DNA from: Polyangiales bacterium | Lineage (GTDB): Bacteria > Myxococcota_A > Polyangia > Polyangiales > Ga0077539 | Reading direction: 5' to 3' | DNA: 64,000 bases | Assembly (NCBI GenBank): GCA_044229975.1 | Contig: JBGARZ010000001.1 | Coordinates: 992,001-1,056,000, forward strand | Shown: in pieces, positions 1 through 9,756 of the stretch | Layout of the letters: each line of letters opens with the position of its first letter | Position numbering within the stretch: position 1 is the first letter of the stretch | The notes under the pieces: model-generated | What the model was told of the DNA's origin: nothing | The model's input: the letters and a program-made list of their open reading frames with translations, nothing else | The model's database searches: none | Position numbers and translations under genes: made by a program

Positions 1-871
1 ACGCGCGAACGATCTCCGTGCCGACGCCGTCGTTGGTGAAGATCTCCAACAGCACCGCGTGGGGGCGTCGCCCGTCGAGGACGTGCACCTTCCGAACACC
101 TCCGGCGATGGCCTCCAGCGCGCACTCGACCTTCGGAATCATCCCGCCGTCGATGACGCCTTCGGCGATCCACTCGCGGGCGGTGGCGCTGTTGAGCGAG
201 CTCGCGAATTCACCGTCAGCGCCGCGAACACCTTGAACGTCGGTGAGGAGGATGAGCTTCTCGGCGCGCAACGCTTCGGCGACCTTGCCCGCCGCGGTGT
301 CGGCGTTGAGGTTGAGCGACGCCCCGTGGTCGTCGACGCCGATGGGCGCGATGACGGGGATGAAGCCCGCGCGCGTGAGCTCGACCACCACGTCGGGCGT
401 CACGTGACGAACCTCGCCGACGCGCCCCAGGTCGACGGTGTCACCGTCGCGGGTGGTGTGCGGCCCGACGCGGTCGGCCAGCACGAAGCCGTCGTCCTTG
501 CCGGAGAGCCCGACGGCTCGGCCGCCATGGCGGCAGATGAGGGAGACGATGTCCTGGTTGATGGAGCCCGCGAGCACCATCTCGACGACCTCCATCGTGG
601 CGTCGTCGGTGACGCGGAGCCCGTCGACGAAGCGCGACTGCACCCCGGACTGCTTGAGCATGGTGGAGATCTGCGGGCCGCCGCCGTGCACCACCACCAC
701 GTTGATGCCGATGTACTTGAGGAGGCAGACGTCCTTGGCGAAGCTCTCCTTCAGCTCGGGGGCCACCATGGCGTGGCCGCCGTACTTGATCACGAACGTC
801 CGCCCCTGGAAGCGCCGGATGAACGGCATCGCCTCCAGCAGCACTTTGGCCTTCTCGACAGCAGTTTCCAC
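1..871 (-). CDS. argB: Acetylglutamate kinase (stop codon apparently cut by the window edge)
   Basis: Not in the ORF track. Manual reverse-strand translation from GTG at 871 gives METAVEKAKVLLEAMPFIRRFQGRTFVIKYGGHAM...VVVHGGGPQI...RVTDDATMEVVEMVL...LLEIFTNDGVGTEIVRA, which are the classic NAGK motifs. Confidence 0.95.
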   Translation of the reverse strand, partial: METAVEKAKVLLEAMPFIRRFQGRTFVIKYGGHAMVAPELKESFAKDVCLLKYIGINVVVVHGGGPQISTMLKQSGVQSRFVDGLRVTDDATMEVVEMVLAGSINQDIVSLICRHGGRAVGLSGKDDGFVLADRVGPHTTRDGDTVDLGRVGEVRHVTPDVVVELTRAGFIPVIAPIGVDDHGASLNLNADTAAGKVAEALRAEKLILLTDVQGVRGADGEFASSLNSATAREWIAEGVIDGGMIPKVECALEAIAGGVRKVHVLDGRRPHAVLLEIFTNDGVGTEIVRA

Positions 872-1100
872 GCGCGCGCTTCTACGGGATTCACCGCGGC
901 CGCACAAGCGCCGCGTCCCCTACGCCACCGCTCGCCTCACCCTCCACGCGATCGCCAATGAATGCCCGCGCGGGAACCAACGTCGCTGCCCGCGGTCGGA
1001 CGCCCTTGACCCGCACCGCCGCGATCTTGGAGGATCGTCGACGGGACCCGTCAAGCCACCTCTCTCACCCTCTCGCCCTGAAACGGACGCCGGAGATTCC

Positions 1101-2042
1101 ATGAACCGATCCACGCTCATCGCCCTCACGCTCGCCGCCGCGCAGGCGCTGCCGTCCCTCGCCGCCGCGCAGCAGGTGGTGCAACTCAACACGGGCTTCA
1201 TGCCCGACCCGCGTCGCGTGGGCGGCATGGCCGGCGGCATGGTGCAGGCCGCCTCGGTGCCCGGCGCCCCCGGCAACTGTCGCGGGTTCATCCCCGGCGC
1301 CCCGCAGGCGATCATCCAGACCCCGACGGGCTTCAACTTCCTCCGCGTCATCGCCCAGCCGCTCCAGGGCACCGACCTCACGCTGATGATCCGCTCCACC
1401 AGCATGACGTGGTGCGCCGACGACACCTACGGCAACGTCCCCGGCATCGACGCGCAGTCCCTCCCGCCCGGCCGCTACGACGTCTACGTGGGCACCTACT
1501 CGCAGTCGGGCCCGGCGCCGTTCCAGCTCCTGTTGAGTGAGCTCCAGGGCACCACCCCCGACAACAACGGCGGCATGCGCCCGCAGCCGCAGCCGTACCA
1601 GCCGCAGCCCCCGCAGGGCGGCAGCAACTCCCTCGGCGCGCTCGAGCTCGGTGGCCGCCCCCTCTTCGGTCGGCTGATGGTCGGCGGCAACTTCGTGAGC
1701 CGCACCGTCCGCGGCCGCAACGGCGGCGCCCTCGGCTCCGACGGCATCCACGGCACGGGCATCTGTCGCGGCTACTTCCAGGGTCCGCCGAGCCACGTGG
1801 TGATGGTCACCCAGCCGCAGGCGTTCATGCGGATGTACGTGATGTCCGCCGCCGACTCGACCCTCGTCGTGCGCCGCCCCGACGGGCAGGTGCTCTGCAA
1901 CGACGACACCTATCAGCTCAACCCCGCGGTCGAGGGCAGCTTCATCCCCGGGCTCTACCAGGTGTGGGTCGGCACCTATCGCGAAAACGAGTCGCGCCCC
2001 TACGCGCTCACCGTCACCGTCGACCCTTCGCAGCACCCGTAG
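1101..2042 (+). CDS. Secreted protein with two tandem PPC-like beta domains and a Q/P-rich linker
   Basis: GGAGA precedes ATG 1101. Signal peptide MNRSTLIALTLAAAQALPSLAAA-Q. Two similar repeats: CRGF...DLTLMIR...WCADD...PGRYDVYVGTY and CRGY...DSTLVVR...LCNDD...PGLYQVWVGTY. Confidence 0.75.
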   Translation: MNRSTLIALTLAAAQALPSLAAAQQVVQLNTGFMPDPRRVGGMAGGMVQAASVPGAPGNCRGFIPGAPQAIIQTPTGFNFLRVIAQPLQGTDLTLMIRSTSMTWCADDTYGNVPGIDAQSLPPGRYDVYVGTYSQSGPAPFQLLLSELQGTTPDNNGGMRPQPQPYQPQPPQGGSNSLGALELGGRPLFGRLMVGGNFVSRTVRGRNGGALGSDGIHGTGICRGYFQGPPSHVVMVTQPQAFMRMYVMSAADSTLVVRRPDGQVLCNDDTYQLNPAVEGSFIPGLYQVWVGTYRENESRPYALTVTVDPSQHP

Positions 2043-2069
2043 GCCGTGCGATGGTCGGGGCGTCGCGTG

Positions 2070-4454
2070 ATGCCCCGCCTGCTCTCCAGCCTCACCCTCC
2101 TCGCGCTCTCCCTCTCGCCGATGACTGCCTCGGCGCAGCCTGTCGTTCGGCCCATCCACCCGCGACTCTTCCTCGTCGCGGACGGTCGCCGCGGCGTCGC
2201 GCCGGCCACCATCGTCGCCCGCTGTGAGGCCAGCGACTCACAGTACGCCCGCGCCTGCCGCACGGCCGCGCCCGCGCTACCGCTGCCCGGAGTAGAGGCG
2301 TTTCGTGGCGTCGAGCACCCGCTCATCGCGCTCGCCACGCGCTACGTGCTCTATCAAGAGCCCGCGGTGCTGCCCGTGCTGCGCGACCAGATCGCCCGCG
2401 TGGGATCGTTCGTCGACCGCGGTGACCCGACCGGGCAGTACGCCTCCAACGCGCGCGCGGTGCGCCAGCTCGCGGTGGCCTACGACTGGCTCTACGCCGC
2501 GCTCACCATGGAAGACCGCGTCGCCCTCGAAGGGCACCTCCGCAGCTACGCGGAGTGGTCGATGACCCACGAGCCGACGGACGTCTTCTCGGCCGAGGCG
2601 TACTCCCACTTCGCCGCCGTCGCCCTCGCGGGGCTCGCGCTCCAGGGCGCCAGCTCGGTGCCCGACGCCGACGTGCGCCGCTACCTCGCGTACGCCGACA
2701 TGCGCTGGAAGACGCAGCTCCTGCCCGCGCTCGCCTACACCGGCGCGTGGTGGCACGAGGGCCCCGGCTGGGCCACCGGCACCGTGCTCCGCAACGCCGC
2801 CCTCGTCGCCGCGGCGTGGACCACCGCGACGGAGGAAGATCTCTTCGCCCACGCCCGCACCCGCGGCGACGTCTTCAACAACGCCGTGCGCTACTTCGCG
2901 TATGTGCTGCGCCCGGACTTCCGCTTCGCCAACTTCGGCGACTCGTCGGACACGCAGCTCAACCCGGCCAACCAGCTCCGGCCGCTGCTCGACCTCCTCG
3001 CATGGGGGACGGGGTCGACCGTCGCGCAGTCGCTCGCGCTCGAAGCGACGCGCCGCCTGCCCACGGCCGCGGACTACAACGGCCCCGAGATCTGGCAGCA
3101 GCTCGTCTTCTACTCCCCCGAGCGACCCGCGCAGCCGGGCCGCGACTCGCTCCCATTGGCGGCGCACCTCGGCGCGACGTCGGAGGACGTGGTGGTGATG
3201 CGTTCGAGCTGGGACGACGCCGACGCGACCTGGGTGAGCCTGTCGTGCGGCGACTGGTTCTCGACGCGGCAGCACCTGGAGACCGGGAGCTTCCAGATCT
3301 ACCGCTTCAATCCCCTCGCGGTGAGCACCGGCGCCTACGACGGCTTCGAGACCAACCACTGGATCAACTGGTACGCGCAGCGCTCCGCCCACGCCAACGT
3401 GGTGACCGTGATGCGGCCGGGCGAGACCTTCCCCAACACCCGCATGCTGCCGATGGTCAACGACGGCGGGCAGCGCTCCATCAACTACGCGAGCGGCGGC
3501 CGTCGCTCGCTTGACGAGTACCGCAACAACCTCACGACGGGCGCGCAGTTCGAGACCGGCGGCGTCACGGCCTTCGAGGCGTCGCGCTTCCACGACTACG
3601 CGGCCTGCGACAGCACCCGCGCGTACAACAGCATCGCGTATGTGAGCCCGGGCAACGCGCCGAAGGTGCGGGAGGTCACGCGGCAGCTGGTGTTCTTGCG
3701 CCCCGAGCTGGTGGTGCTCTTCGACCGCGTCGAGTCGACCGACCCGACGTATGTGAAGCGCTTCGTGCTTCATGGTCTCGCGCGACCGCTCTTTCCGTCG
3801 GCGGACACCTTCTCCATCGACGGTCGCGATGGGCGGCTGCTCGGTCGGCGGCTGCTCCCCACGTCGGGAATGCAGGGGCTCGTCGAGGGCTTCTCGGTCG
3901 GCGGCACCGACGTCTCGCCGCTCATCACCAGCAACGAGTCGCGCGGCGCGCGGGTGGAGGATCAGTCCGCCGCCCCAGAGGCCAGGGAGTACTTCCTGCA
4001 CCTGCTCGACGCGGGCCGCGCGGGGCGCGCGGTGCTCCCGATGTCGACGCTGGTCGAAGAGGGCGATCGCGTGGGGCTGCGTGTCGCCGACCCCGACGGG
4101 ACGCGCACGTACACGGTGCTCTTCGCGCGCCACGGGATGACCACCGGAGAGATTCGGGTGGACGACCGCAACGGCGCGCCGTTGTACCAGGGCACGCTCG
4201 GCGCGGGCGGGCGCTTCTACGCAGCGGTCACCGACGCCGGGGTCGGGCCGCAGCCCGGCGACGGCGGAACCGACGCGGGCACCCTCGCGATGGACGGCGG
4301 CGCGAGCATGGATGGCGGTGTCGGGGACGACGACGGCAAGGGCTGTAGCTGCCGAGTCGGAGCGGGCGTCGGGAGCAGCGGGAGTGGTGCGTGGGTGCTG
4401 GCGGGCGTGGCGCTCGCGTGGCGCCGACGACGGCGGGTCACGCGCAGCGGCTGA
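2070..4454 (+). CDS. Heparinase II/III-like (polysaccharide lyase-type) surface protein with MYXO-CTERM tail
   Basis: Signal peptide. Helical region with LAVAYDWLY and WHEGPGW. Beta region VVMRSSWDD...HLETGSFQIY...AHANVVTV...VVLFDRVES. C-terminal GCSCRV, hydrophobic stretch, RRRRR. Confidence 0.7.
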   Translation: MPRLLSSLTLLALSLSPMTASAQPVVRPIHPRLFLVADGRRGVAPATIVARCEASDSQYARACRTAAPALPLPGVEAFRGVEHPLIALATRYVLYQEPAVLPVLRDQIARVGSFVDRGDPTGQYASNARAVRQLAVAYDWLYAALTMEDRVALEGHLRSYAEWSMTHEPTDVFSAEAYSHFAAVALAGLALQGASSVPDADVRRYLAYADMRWKTQLLPALAYTGAWWHEGPGWATGTVLRNAALVAAAWTTATEEDLFAHARTRGDVFNNAVRYFAYVLRPDFRFANFGDSSDTQLNPANQLRPLLDLLAWGTGSTVAQSLALEATRRLPTAADYNGPEIWQQLVFYSPERPAQPGRDSLPLAAHLGATSEDVVVMRSSWDDADATWVSLSCGDWFSTRQHLETGSFQIYRFNPLAVSTGAYDGFETNHWINWYAQRSAHANVVTVMRPGETFPNTRMLPMVNDGGQRSINYASGGRRSLDEYRNNLTTGAQFETGGVTAFEASRFHDYAACDSTRAYNSIAYVSPGNAPKVREVTRQLVFLRPELVVLFDRVESTDPTYVKRFVLHGLARPLFPSADTFSIDGRDGRLLGRRLLPTSGMQGLVEGFSVGGTDVSPLITSNESRGARVEDQSAAPEAREYFLHLLDAGRAGRAVLPMSTLVEEGDRVGLRVADPDGTRTYTVLFARHGMTTGEIRVDDRNGAPLYQGTLGAGGRFYAAVTDAGVGPQPGDGGTDAGTLAMDGGASMDGGVGDDDGKGCSCRVGAGVGSSGSGAWVLAGVALAWRRRRRVTRSG

Positions 4455-4461
4455 GCGAAAG

Positions 4462-4585
4462 AGCCGCAAGGGTGCCAGGGTCGCAAGGAAGAGATCCAAG
4501 GCGGGAACAGAGGGTTTGGGCTCTCGAAGCCAGGCCCAACCTCAGTCTCTTCCGCAGCCCTTGCGACCCCCGCGCCCTTGCGGCT
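4462..4585. repeat. REP/REPIN-like long inverted repeat between convergent genes
   Basis: AGCCGCAAGGGTGCCAGGGTCGCAAGG (4462-4488) and CCTTGCGACCCCCGCGCCCTTGCGGCT (4559-4585) are complementary at 24 of 27 positions. Inner stems: GGAAGAGA/TCTCTTCC and GAGGGTTTGGGC/GCCCAACCTC. Confidence 0.7.
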
Positions 4586-4610
4586 GTTCTCCCATTGCCT
4601 GTCGACAAGG

Positions 4611-6500
4611 TCAGCCCGGGGGCAGGCCGCCACCGCGGGCCGGCACCACGATGAACACCGGGCGGCGATCGACCTCGCTGCCCGCGCGACCGCGCACCAC
4701 CACGCTGGCCTGGAAGACGCGCGCCGTGTCGGTGCCTTCCATGAAGTCGTTATAGAAGCTCACCCGGAAGACCACGCGGGTCGTGGGCAGCACGCTGTAG
4801 AAGGTGCGCTCGTCCTGGCGCTCGTAGCCGACGCCCATCGCCGGATCGCCGCGCACCGGCGTGACCGACTGGATGAAGCTGGCCGTGGTGCGACCCGTGG
4901 GAAGGCGCATCTCCATCGGGTCGGCGATGGTCGTCGTCGTGATGTCCTGGCGGGTCTCGTTGGCAAGCGTGGTGATGCCGTTGATGATGCCCATCGCGGT
5001 GCTCGCGAGGCCGCCGGTGGAGGCCGGGGCGAAGACCACCGGGCTGCCCGTGCGGTTGAGTGAACCCGTCGAGCGCGCGAGGTACACCGAGTTGGCGTAG
5101 GTGGCGCCCATGGTTCCGAAGGGGGAGACGTCGACGCCGAGGAAGAGGGTGCCGCGCATGCGCATCGCGGCGTCGAGCTCGGGGTAGCGCCAGCCGCGGT
5201 TGCTCACGGGCGACGACGGCGCCGGACCGTCGAACCACGCCGCATCCGAGAAGAGCACGATGATCGGAACGCGCCCCGTCTGGAAGCAGCCCCAGCCGTA
5301 CGCACCCGGGATGCCGGGGCAGTCACGCGCCGGGTCGGAGGTGGCGACCCAGCCGTTGCCCATCGGGTCGCGGGCGTTGCGCACGCTGAGCAGCGACGCC
5401 GGGTTGGTGGCGTAGCCGCCCGAGCGGGTCCCCGCGCCGGTGAGCACCTCGTACATCGCGGTGACCTGGCACTCGGGCGAGTTGCCACCGAGGTAGCGCA
5501 TCATGCTGTCCTCCGAGATGGTGCGCATGTCGTTGAAGGCGTTCTGCACCAGCGCGAGGTCGGTGGTGAGCGGCTGCCGCATCCAGAGGGTGTAGTCACC
5601 CGGGCGCCCCGCCTGACCGTCGTCGGTCGGGAGCAGCATCTGCCCCTCTGGCGCATCGGGCATCGAGTCGAACGACGCCACCCCGAGGCGCGCATCGGGG
5701 ATCGCCGCCCGCACACCGTTGGCGATGGAGGTGAGGCCCGTTCGGAGGTTGGCGATGGTCGTCTCCAGGCTCGCGGAGTTGTCCACGAGGAAGAAGACAT
5801 CGGCCTGCCGGATGCGCGTGGCGAAGGTGAACTCGCGGGTCTCGGGCACGCCCGTGCGCGCTCCACCCGCGCCCGGCGCGTAGTAGGGGAGCGTGACGTA
5901 GAGGGAGTTCTCCGGCGGGCGCGACGTCATGTCGCGGGGGTTGGATCCGGCGGCCACCTCCGCGAGGTCGTCGATGGTGTCGCGGTCGGTGTCGGCCGCG
6001 CACGGGTTGGTCATCGCCGCGCGCTCTTCGATGTCGGTGAGGCCGTCGTTGTCGGAGTCGAGGTCGCGGTGGTTGGCGAGGTTGTCGGGCGGCGCGTCGC
6101 AGTTGTTGGGCTGGTTGCCGCAAAACACCGGGACCGCATCGGTCTCGTAGCCCGGGTACCTCCGCGCGGCCTCGTCGGCGTCGGAGAAGCCGTCGCCGTC
6201 GGAGTCGGTGTCCATGTAGTCCGGCGTCATGTCGCGGTCGGTGTCGAGCATCATCATGATGCCCTCGTCGCGATCGGAAATGCCGTCCATGTCGGTGTCC
6301 GCGCAGGTCATCGCGGGGCGGTCGGGAGGCAGCGGGTTGTCGGGCGTCGCGGTGACGTCGGCGTCGACGTGCACGGTGCCGAGGTCGGTCACGCCGCCCG
6401 CGTCGGGCTTCTGCACTCCGTCGTCCGGGGGCGCCTTGCTGAAACAGCCAACCACACCAAGAGCCACCGCCAGAGAACCGCGCAGCACCGTCGTTCGCAT
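4611..6500 (-). CDS. Lipoprotein with thrombospondin type-3-like DxDxDG Ca-binding repeats and a VWA domain
   Basis: Lipobox VVGC. Repeats DTDMDG, DSDGDG, DSDNDG, DTDRDT. MIDAS-like DVFFLVDNSAS and IIVLFSDA. Alternative GTG start at 6503. Confidence 0.8.
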   Translation of the reverse strand: MRTTVLRGSLAVALGVVGCFSKAPPDDGVQKPDAGGVTDLGTVHVDADVTATPDNPLPPDRPAMTCADTDMDGISDRDEGIMMMLDTDRDMTPDYMDTDSDGDGFSDADEAARRYPGYETDAVPVFCGNQPNNCDAPPDNLANHRDLDSDNDGLTDIEERAAMTNPCAADTDRDTIDDLAEVAAGSNPRDMTSRPPENSLYVTLPYYAPGAGGARTGVPETREFTFATRIRQADVFFLVDNSASLETTIANLRTGLTSIANGVRAAIPDARLGVASFDSMPDAPEGQMLLPTDDGQAGRPGDYTLWMRQPLTTDLALVQNAFNDMRTISEDSMMRYLGGNSPECQVTAMYEVLTGAGTRSGGYATNPASLLSVRNARDPMGNGWVATSDPARDCPGIPGAYGWGCFQTGRVPIIVLFSDAAWFDGPAPSSPVSNRGWRYPELDAAMRMRGTLFLGVDVSPFGTMGATYANSVYLARSTGSLNRTGSPVVFAPASTGGLASTAMGIINGITTLANETRQDITTTTIADPMEMRLPTGRTTASFIQSVTPVRGDPAMGVGYERQDERTFYSVLPTTRVVFRVSFYNDFMEGTDTARVFQASVVVRGRAGSEVDRRPVFIVVPARGGGLPPG

Positions 6501-6515
6501 CACGCTCGGAAGTAC

Positions 6516-6553
6516 ACCATAACGGCCCGCGGGGCGTCACTCGTTGGTATGGT
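6516..6553. promoter_or_regulatory. Compact divergent promoter region with a TATGGT -10-like box on each strand
   Basis: ACCATA at 6516-6521 (TATGGT on the minus strand) and TG-G-TATGGT at 6545-6553, in the ~60 bp gap between the divergent VWA gene and purE. Confidence 0.4.
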
Positions 6554-6561
6554 CCACCCCG

Positions 6562-7059
6562 ATGACGGACACATCGCGGCCCCTCGTGGGCATCATCATG
6601 GGGAGCAGCTCAGACCTCGAAACCCTCACCCCCGCTCGGGAGATTCTCACCGAGCTCGGCGTCGCGCACGAGGTGCTCGTCGTCTCGGCGCACCGCACGC
6701 CCGAGTGGATGTTCGAGTACGCCACCGCCGCAGAGTCGCGCGGCCTCGAGGTCATCATCGCGGGCGCGGGCGGCGCAGCGCACCTCCCGGGGATGGTCGC
6801 GGCGCTCACCGTGTTGCCGGTGCTGGGCGTTCCGATTCCGGCGACGCTGCTCAACGGCGTCGACTCGCTGTTGTCCATCGTGCAGATGCCGAAGGGCGTA
6901 CCGGTGGCGACGCTCGCCATCGGCAAGCCGGGCGCAGCCAACGCGGCGCTGCTCGCGGCGAGCATCCTGGGCGTCGCCGACAAGGGGCTGCGCGATCGAC
7001 TGACGGCGTGGCGCAAGGCGCGCACCAGCGAGGTCATGGCGAAGCGGGTGCTCGCGTGA
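6562..7059 (+). CDS. purE: N5-CAIR mutase
   Basis: [42 protein letters not shown]. Directly upstream of purK. Confidence 0.97.
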   Translation: MTDTSRPLVGIIMGSSSDLETLTPAREILTELGVAHEVLVVSAHRTPEWMFEYATAAESRGLEVIIAGAGGAAHLPGMVAALTVLPVLGVPIPATLLNGVDSLLSIVQMPKGVPVATLAIGKPGAANAALLAASILGVADKGLRDRLTAWRKARTSEVMAKRVLA

Positions 7060-8192
7060 CGGCCATCCTCCCCGGCGCGACGCTCGGCATCCTAGGCGGC
7101 GGACAGCTCGGTCGCATGACGGCGATGGCCGCGCGACCGCTCGGTTTCAAGGTGCACGTGCTCGACCCCGACCCCTCGTGCGCCGCGCGCTTCGTGGTCG
7201 AACGCTGTCTCACGGCGGCCTTCGACGACGACTTCGCCGCGGCCGACCTCGCGCGCCACTGCCAGGTGGTCACGCTGGAGATCGAGAAGATCGCCCCGGC
7301 TAGCATGGCCGCGGTGCAGCGGTACGCACCCGTGCGCCCCGGCTCCGAGGTGCTCGCCGTCATTCAAGATCGCGGACGGCAGCGGCAGTGGCTGAGCGAC
7401 AAGGGCTTTCCGACGGTGGCCTGGCGTCGCGTGGCCAACGTCGCGGAGCTGTGCGAGGCCGTGGCGGCGCTCGGCCCCGGGTGCTTCGTGAAGTCGTGCA
7501 CCGGCGGCTACGACGGTCGCGGGCAGGCGCGCATGAGCGACGCATCCGAGGGCCCGAAGGTGTGGGCCTCGCTCGGTTCGGCGCCGTGCGTGGTTGAACG
7601 CGCCGTGGCCCTGGAGACCGAGCTCTCGGTGCTGGTGGCGCGCTCGCCCTCGGGCGAAGTGGCGGTGCACCCGGTGGCGCAGAACCACCACGAATCCCAG
7701 GTGCTCGCGTGGTCGGTGATTCCGGCGGGATTACCCGAGAAGGTACTCCGCGAGGCCGAGGCGATCGGTCGCGGCATCGCCGAGGCGATGGCGGTCGAGG
7801 GGCTGCTGGTGGTGGAGCTGTTCTTGACGGCGGACGGCGCGCTGCGGGTCAACGAGCTGGCGCCGCGTCCGCACAACAGCTTCCACGCGACCGAGGTCGG
7901 CTGCGTGACGAGTCAGTTCGAGCAGGCGGTGCGCGCGGTGTGCGACCTGCCGCTCGGGTCGACGGAGGTCATCCGACCGGCGGCGATCTACAACCTGCTC
8001 GGCGATCTCTGGGAGGGCGAGCGGGCGCCTCGCTTCGAGCGGGCGCTGGAGATCCCCGGGGTGCGCGTTCACCTCTACGGCAAGCGCGTCGCGCGACCGG
8101 GTCGCAAGATGGGTCACCTGTCGGCGCTCGGGAGCTCGTCGGCCGACGCGGTCGCCCGCGTGTCCGAGGCGTGGCGCCGCGTGCAGCAATAG
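7056..8192 (+). CDS. purK: N5-CAIR synthase (ATP-grasp)
   Basis: GTGA overlap with the purE stop. [42 protein letters not shown]...GRKMGH. Confidence 0.97.
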   Translation: MTAILPGATLGILGGGQLGRMTAMAARPLGFKVHVLDPDPSCAARFVVERCLTAAFDDDFAAADLARHCQVVTLEIEKIAPASMAAVQRYAPVRPGSEVLAVIQDRGRQRQWLSDKGFPTVAWRRVANVAELCEAVAALGPGCFVKSCTGGYDGRGQARMSDASEGPKVWASLGSAPCVVERAVALETELSVLVARSPSGEVAVHPVAQNHHESQVLAWSVIPAGLPEKVLREAEAIGRGIAEAMAVEGLLVVELFLTADGALRVNELAPRPHNSFHATEVGCVTSQFEQAVRAVCDLPLGSTEVIRPAAIYNLLGDLWEGERAPRFERALEIPGVRVHLYGKRVARPGRKMGHLSALGSSSADAVARVSEAWRRVQQ

Positions 8193-8273
8193 TCGACGGC
8201 CCACGAAACCTTGTCGCGTCGCGGTTGTCCCACGGGGGGTGACGCCGCAGTGCGCGTCGCGAGGAGGTTCACC

Positions 8274-8759
8274 ATGGCGGGAGCTGTGATCGAGGGCGGC
8301 AGATCGAGCGGGCGGCGTAGCGTGGACGCGCCGCTCAACATGGTTCCGATGATCGACCTGCTGGCGTCGATGATCGCGTTCTTGTTGATGACGGCGGTCT
8401 GGGTGCACGTCGGGCAGGTGCGGGCGCAGCAGCCGGTCTCGCGGCCGGCCGACCCGACGGTGGTCGCGCCCACCGATCACCTCACCGTCACCCTCAGCCC
8501 CGACTCGTTGCAGGTCGGCGCGAGCGCCGCCGACGCGGTGGTCGTGAGCGGGCGGGCGCAGCGCATCGAGCGCCTCCGCGAGCAGCTTCGTCAGCGTCAC
8601 CGGGCCGCGCCGCACGTGCGCGAGGTGTGGATCCAGTCCGACGGCGCGGTGAGCTACCAGGACATCGTCGAGGCCATGGACGCCGTGTACTCGGTGTGGG
8701 GCGCCGGGCTCGCGCCGGGTCGCTCTCTCTCCGACGCGGTGAACATCCAGTTCACCTGA
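8274..8759 (+). CDS. exbD: ExbD/TolR-family motor subunit
   Basis: GGAGG RBS. NMVPMIDLLASMIAFLLM (conserved TM Asp) and IQSDGAVSYQDIVEAMD. Confidence 0.8.
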   Translation: MAGAVIEGGRSSGRRSVDAPLNMVPMIDLLASMIAFLLMTAVWVHVGQVRAQQPVSRPADPTVVAPTDHLTVTLSPDSLQVGASAADAVVVSGRAQRIERLREQLRQRHRAAPHVREVWIQSDGAVSYQDIVEAMDAVYSVWGAGLAPGRSLSDAVNIQFT

Positions 8760-8763
8760 CGGC

Positions 8764-9687
8764 TCATTGCGGGATGAAGCGCACCCGGCGGTTGGCGAAG
8801 GTGATCGGCTGCGGGATGTCGTAGGGCACCACGGAGCGCGAGCCGTCCCAGTTTTCCAGCGCCACGGTCGAAGGTTCGGGCCACGTCATCGCGTCGTACG
8901 CAAGGTCGATGGCGTGGTTCGACTCGTTGAGCGCGATCTGGAAGTTGAGGTGTGAGAGGTCGCTGGTGAAGTACCGCGCGTCGCTCCACTGGATCACCCA
9001 GCGCCGCGAGCCGACAGTGTTGCCAACCAGCGCGAGACAAACGCCGGACGAGCGCGTGCGCAGGTCGCGCCACTGCGCCGCGATCACCGCCTGAACGCCA
9101 TCAAGGCGATTGGGGATGATGCCGTTGGCGGGCGTCGAAGCACCCGGCTGGAAGGTGACGTAGCCGTCGGGGCTGACCGTGAAGGCAGCGCCCTCGTCCA
9201 CCGCGACGCCCCAGTAGCGAAACGGGAAGGGCATCGTCGTGCGGAAGTTTCCGCCGTCCACACCGACGAGGACGGTCTGGTGCCCGGGCGCGGCGCAGGC
9301 ATCGAACCAACGGGCGCCGGGGTCGTCGCGGGCGACGCGATAGCCCGTGAGCACCGGGACGTCGGGCGCCGCGGGGACGTCGGGCACTGCGGGGACGTCG
9401 ATGCCCGCGTCGACGACGGCTGGGACATCATCGACCACCATCGGGGCGTCGAGTGGCGCGACCGGCACGTCGACCGCGAGCGGACGATCGACCGCGGCAT
9501 CGACGCCAGCATCGAGGGTGACATCGGCCGTGACATCGGGCCGAGGCACGTCGGCGGGCGCATCGGGTTCGAGCACCGCGTCGGGCGCGTCGACGACGGG
9601 AATGTCCGCGAGCGCGGTGAACACCGGGTCGGGCGTCGCGGTCGCGCATGAGGTGAGCGCGAGGCAGAGCACGAGGGAGGGGCGCAT
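8764..9687 (-). CDS. Lipoprotein with an Asp/Val/Pro-rich stalk and a nidogen(NIDO)-like beta domain
   Basis: Lipobox LTSC. (P/V)D(A/V) repeats. MPFPFRYWG...VSPDGYVTF...IAAQWRDL...WVIQW...NFQIAL. Confidence 0.65.
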   Translation of the reverse strand: MRPSLVLCLALTSCATATPDPVFTALADIPVVDAPDAVLEPDAPADVPRPDVTADVTLDAGVDAAVDRPLAVDVPVAPLDAPMVVDDVPAVVDAGIDVPAVPDVPAAPDVPVLTGYRVARDDPGARWFDACAAPGHQTVLVGVDGGNFRTTMPFPFRYWGVAVDEGAAFTVSPDGYVTFQPGASTPANGIIPNRLDGVQAVIAAQWRDLRTRSSGVCLALVGNTVGSRRWVIQWSDARYFTSDLSHLNFQIALNESNHAIDLAYDAMTWPEPSTVALENWDGSRSVVPYDIPQPITFANRRVRFIPQ

Positions 9688-9756
9688 TCGCACCGGCGGG
9701 TTAGTGCCAGATGCCGTCTGCAAGGTAAAGGAGTGCCCCGCCCGTCGGGACCGCGC

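Noticed and set aside
59..961. 300-aa plus-strand ORF and the N-terminal extension of ORF 438..2042
   Set aside because: Antisense shadow of argB. The real plus-strand gene starts at 1101 with an RBS and signal peptide.
6069..7055. Apparent long N-terminal extension of PurK
   Set aside because: It overlaps purE in another frame. PurK starts at GTG 7056 in a GTGA overlap.
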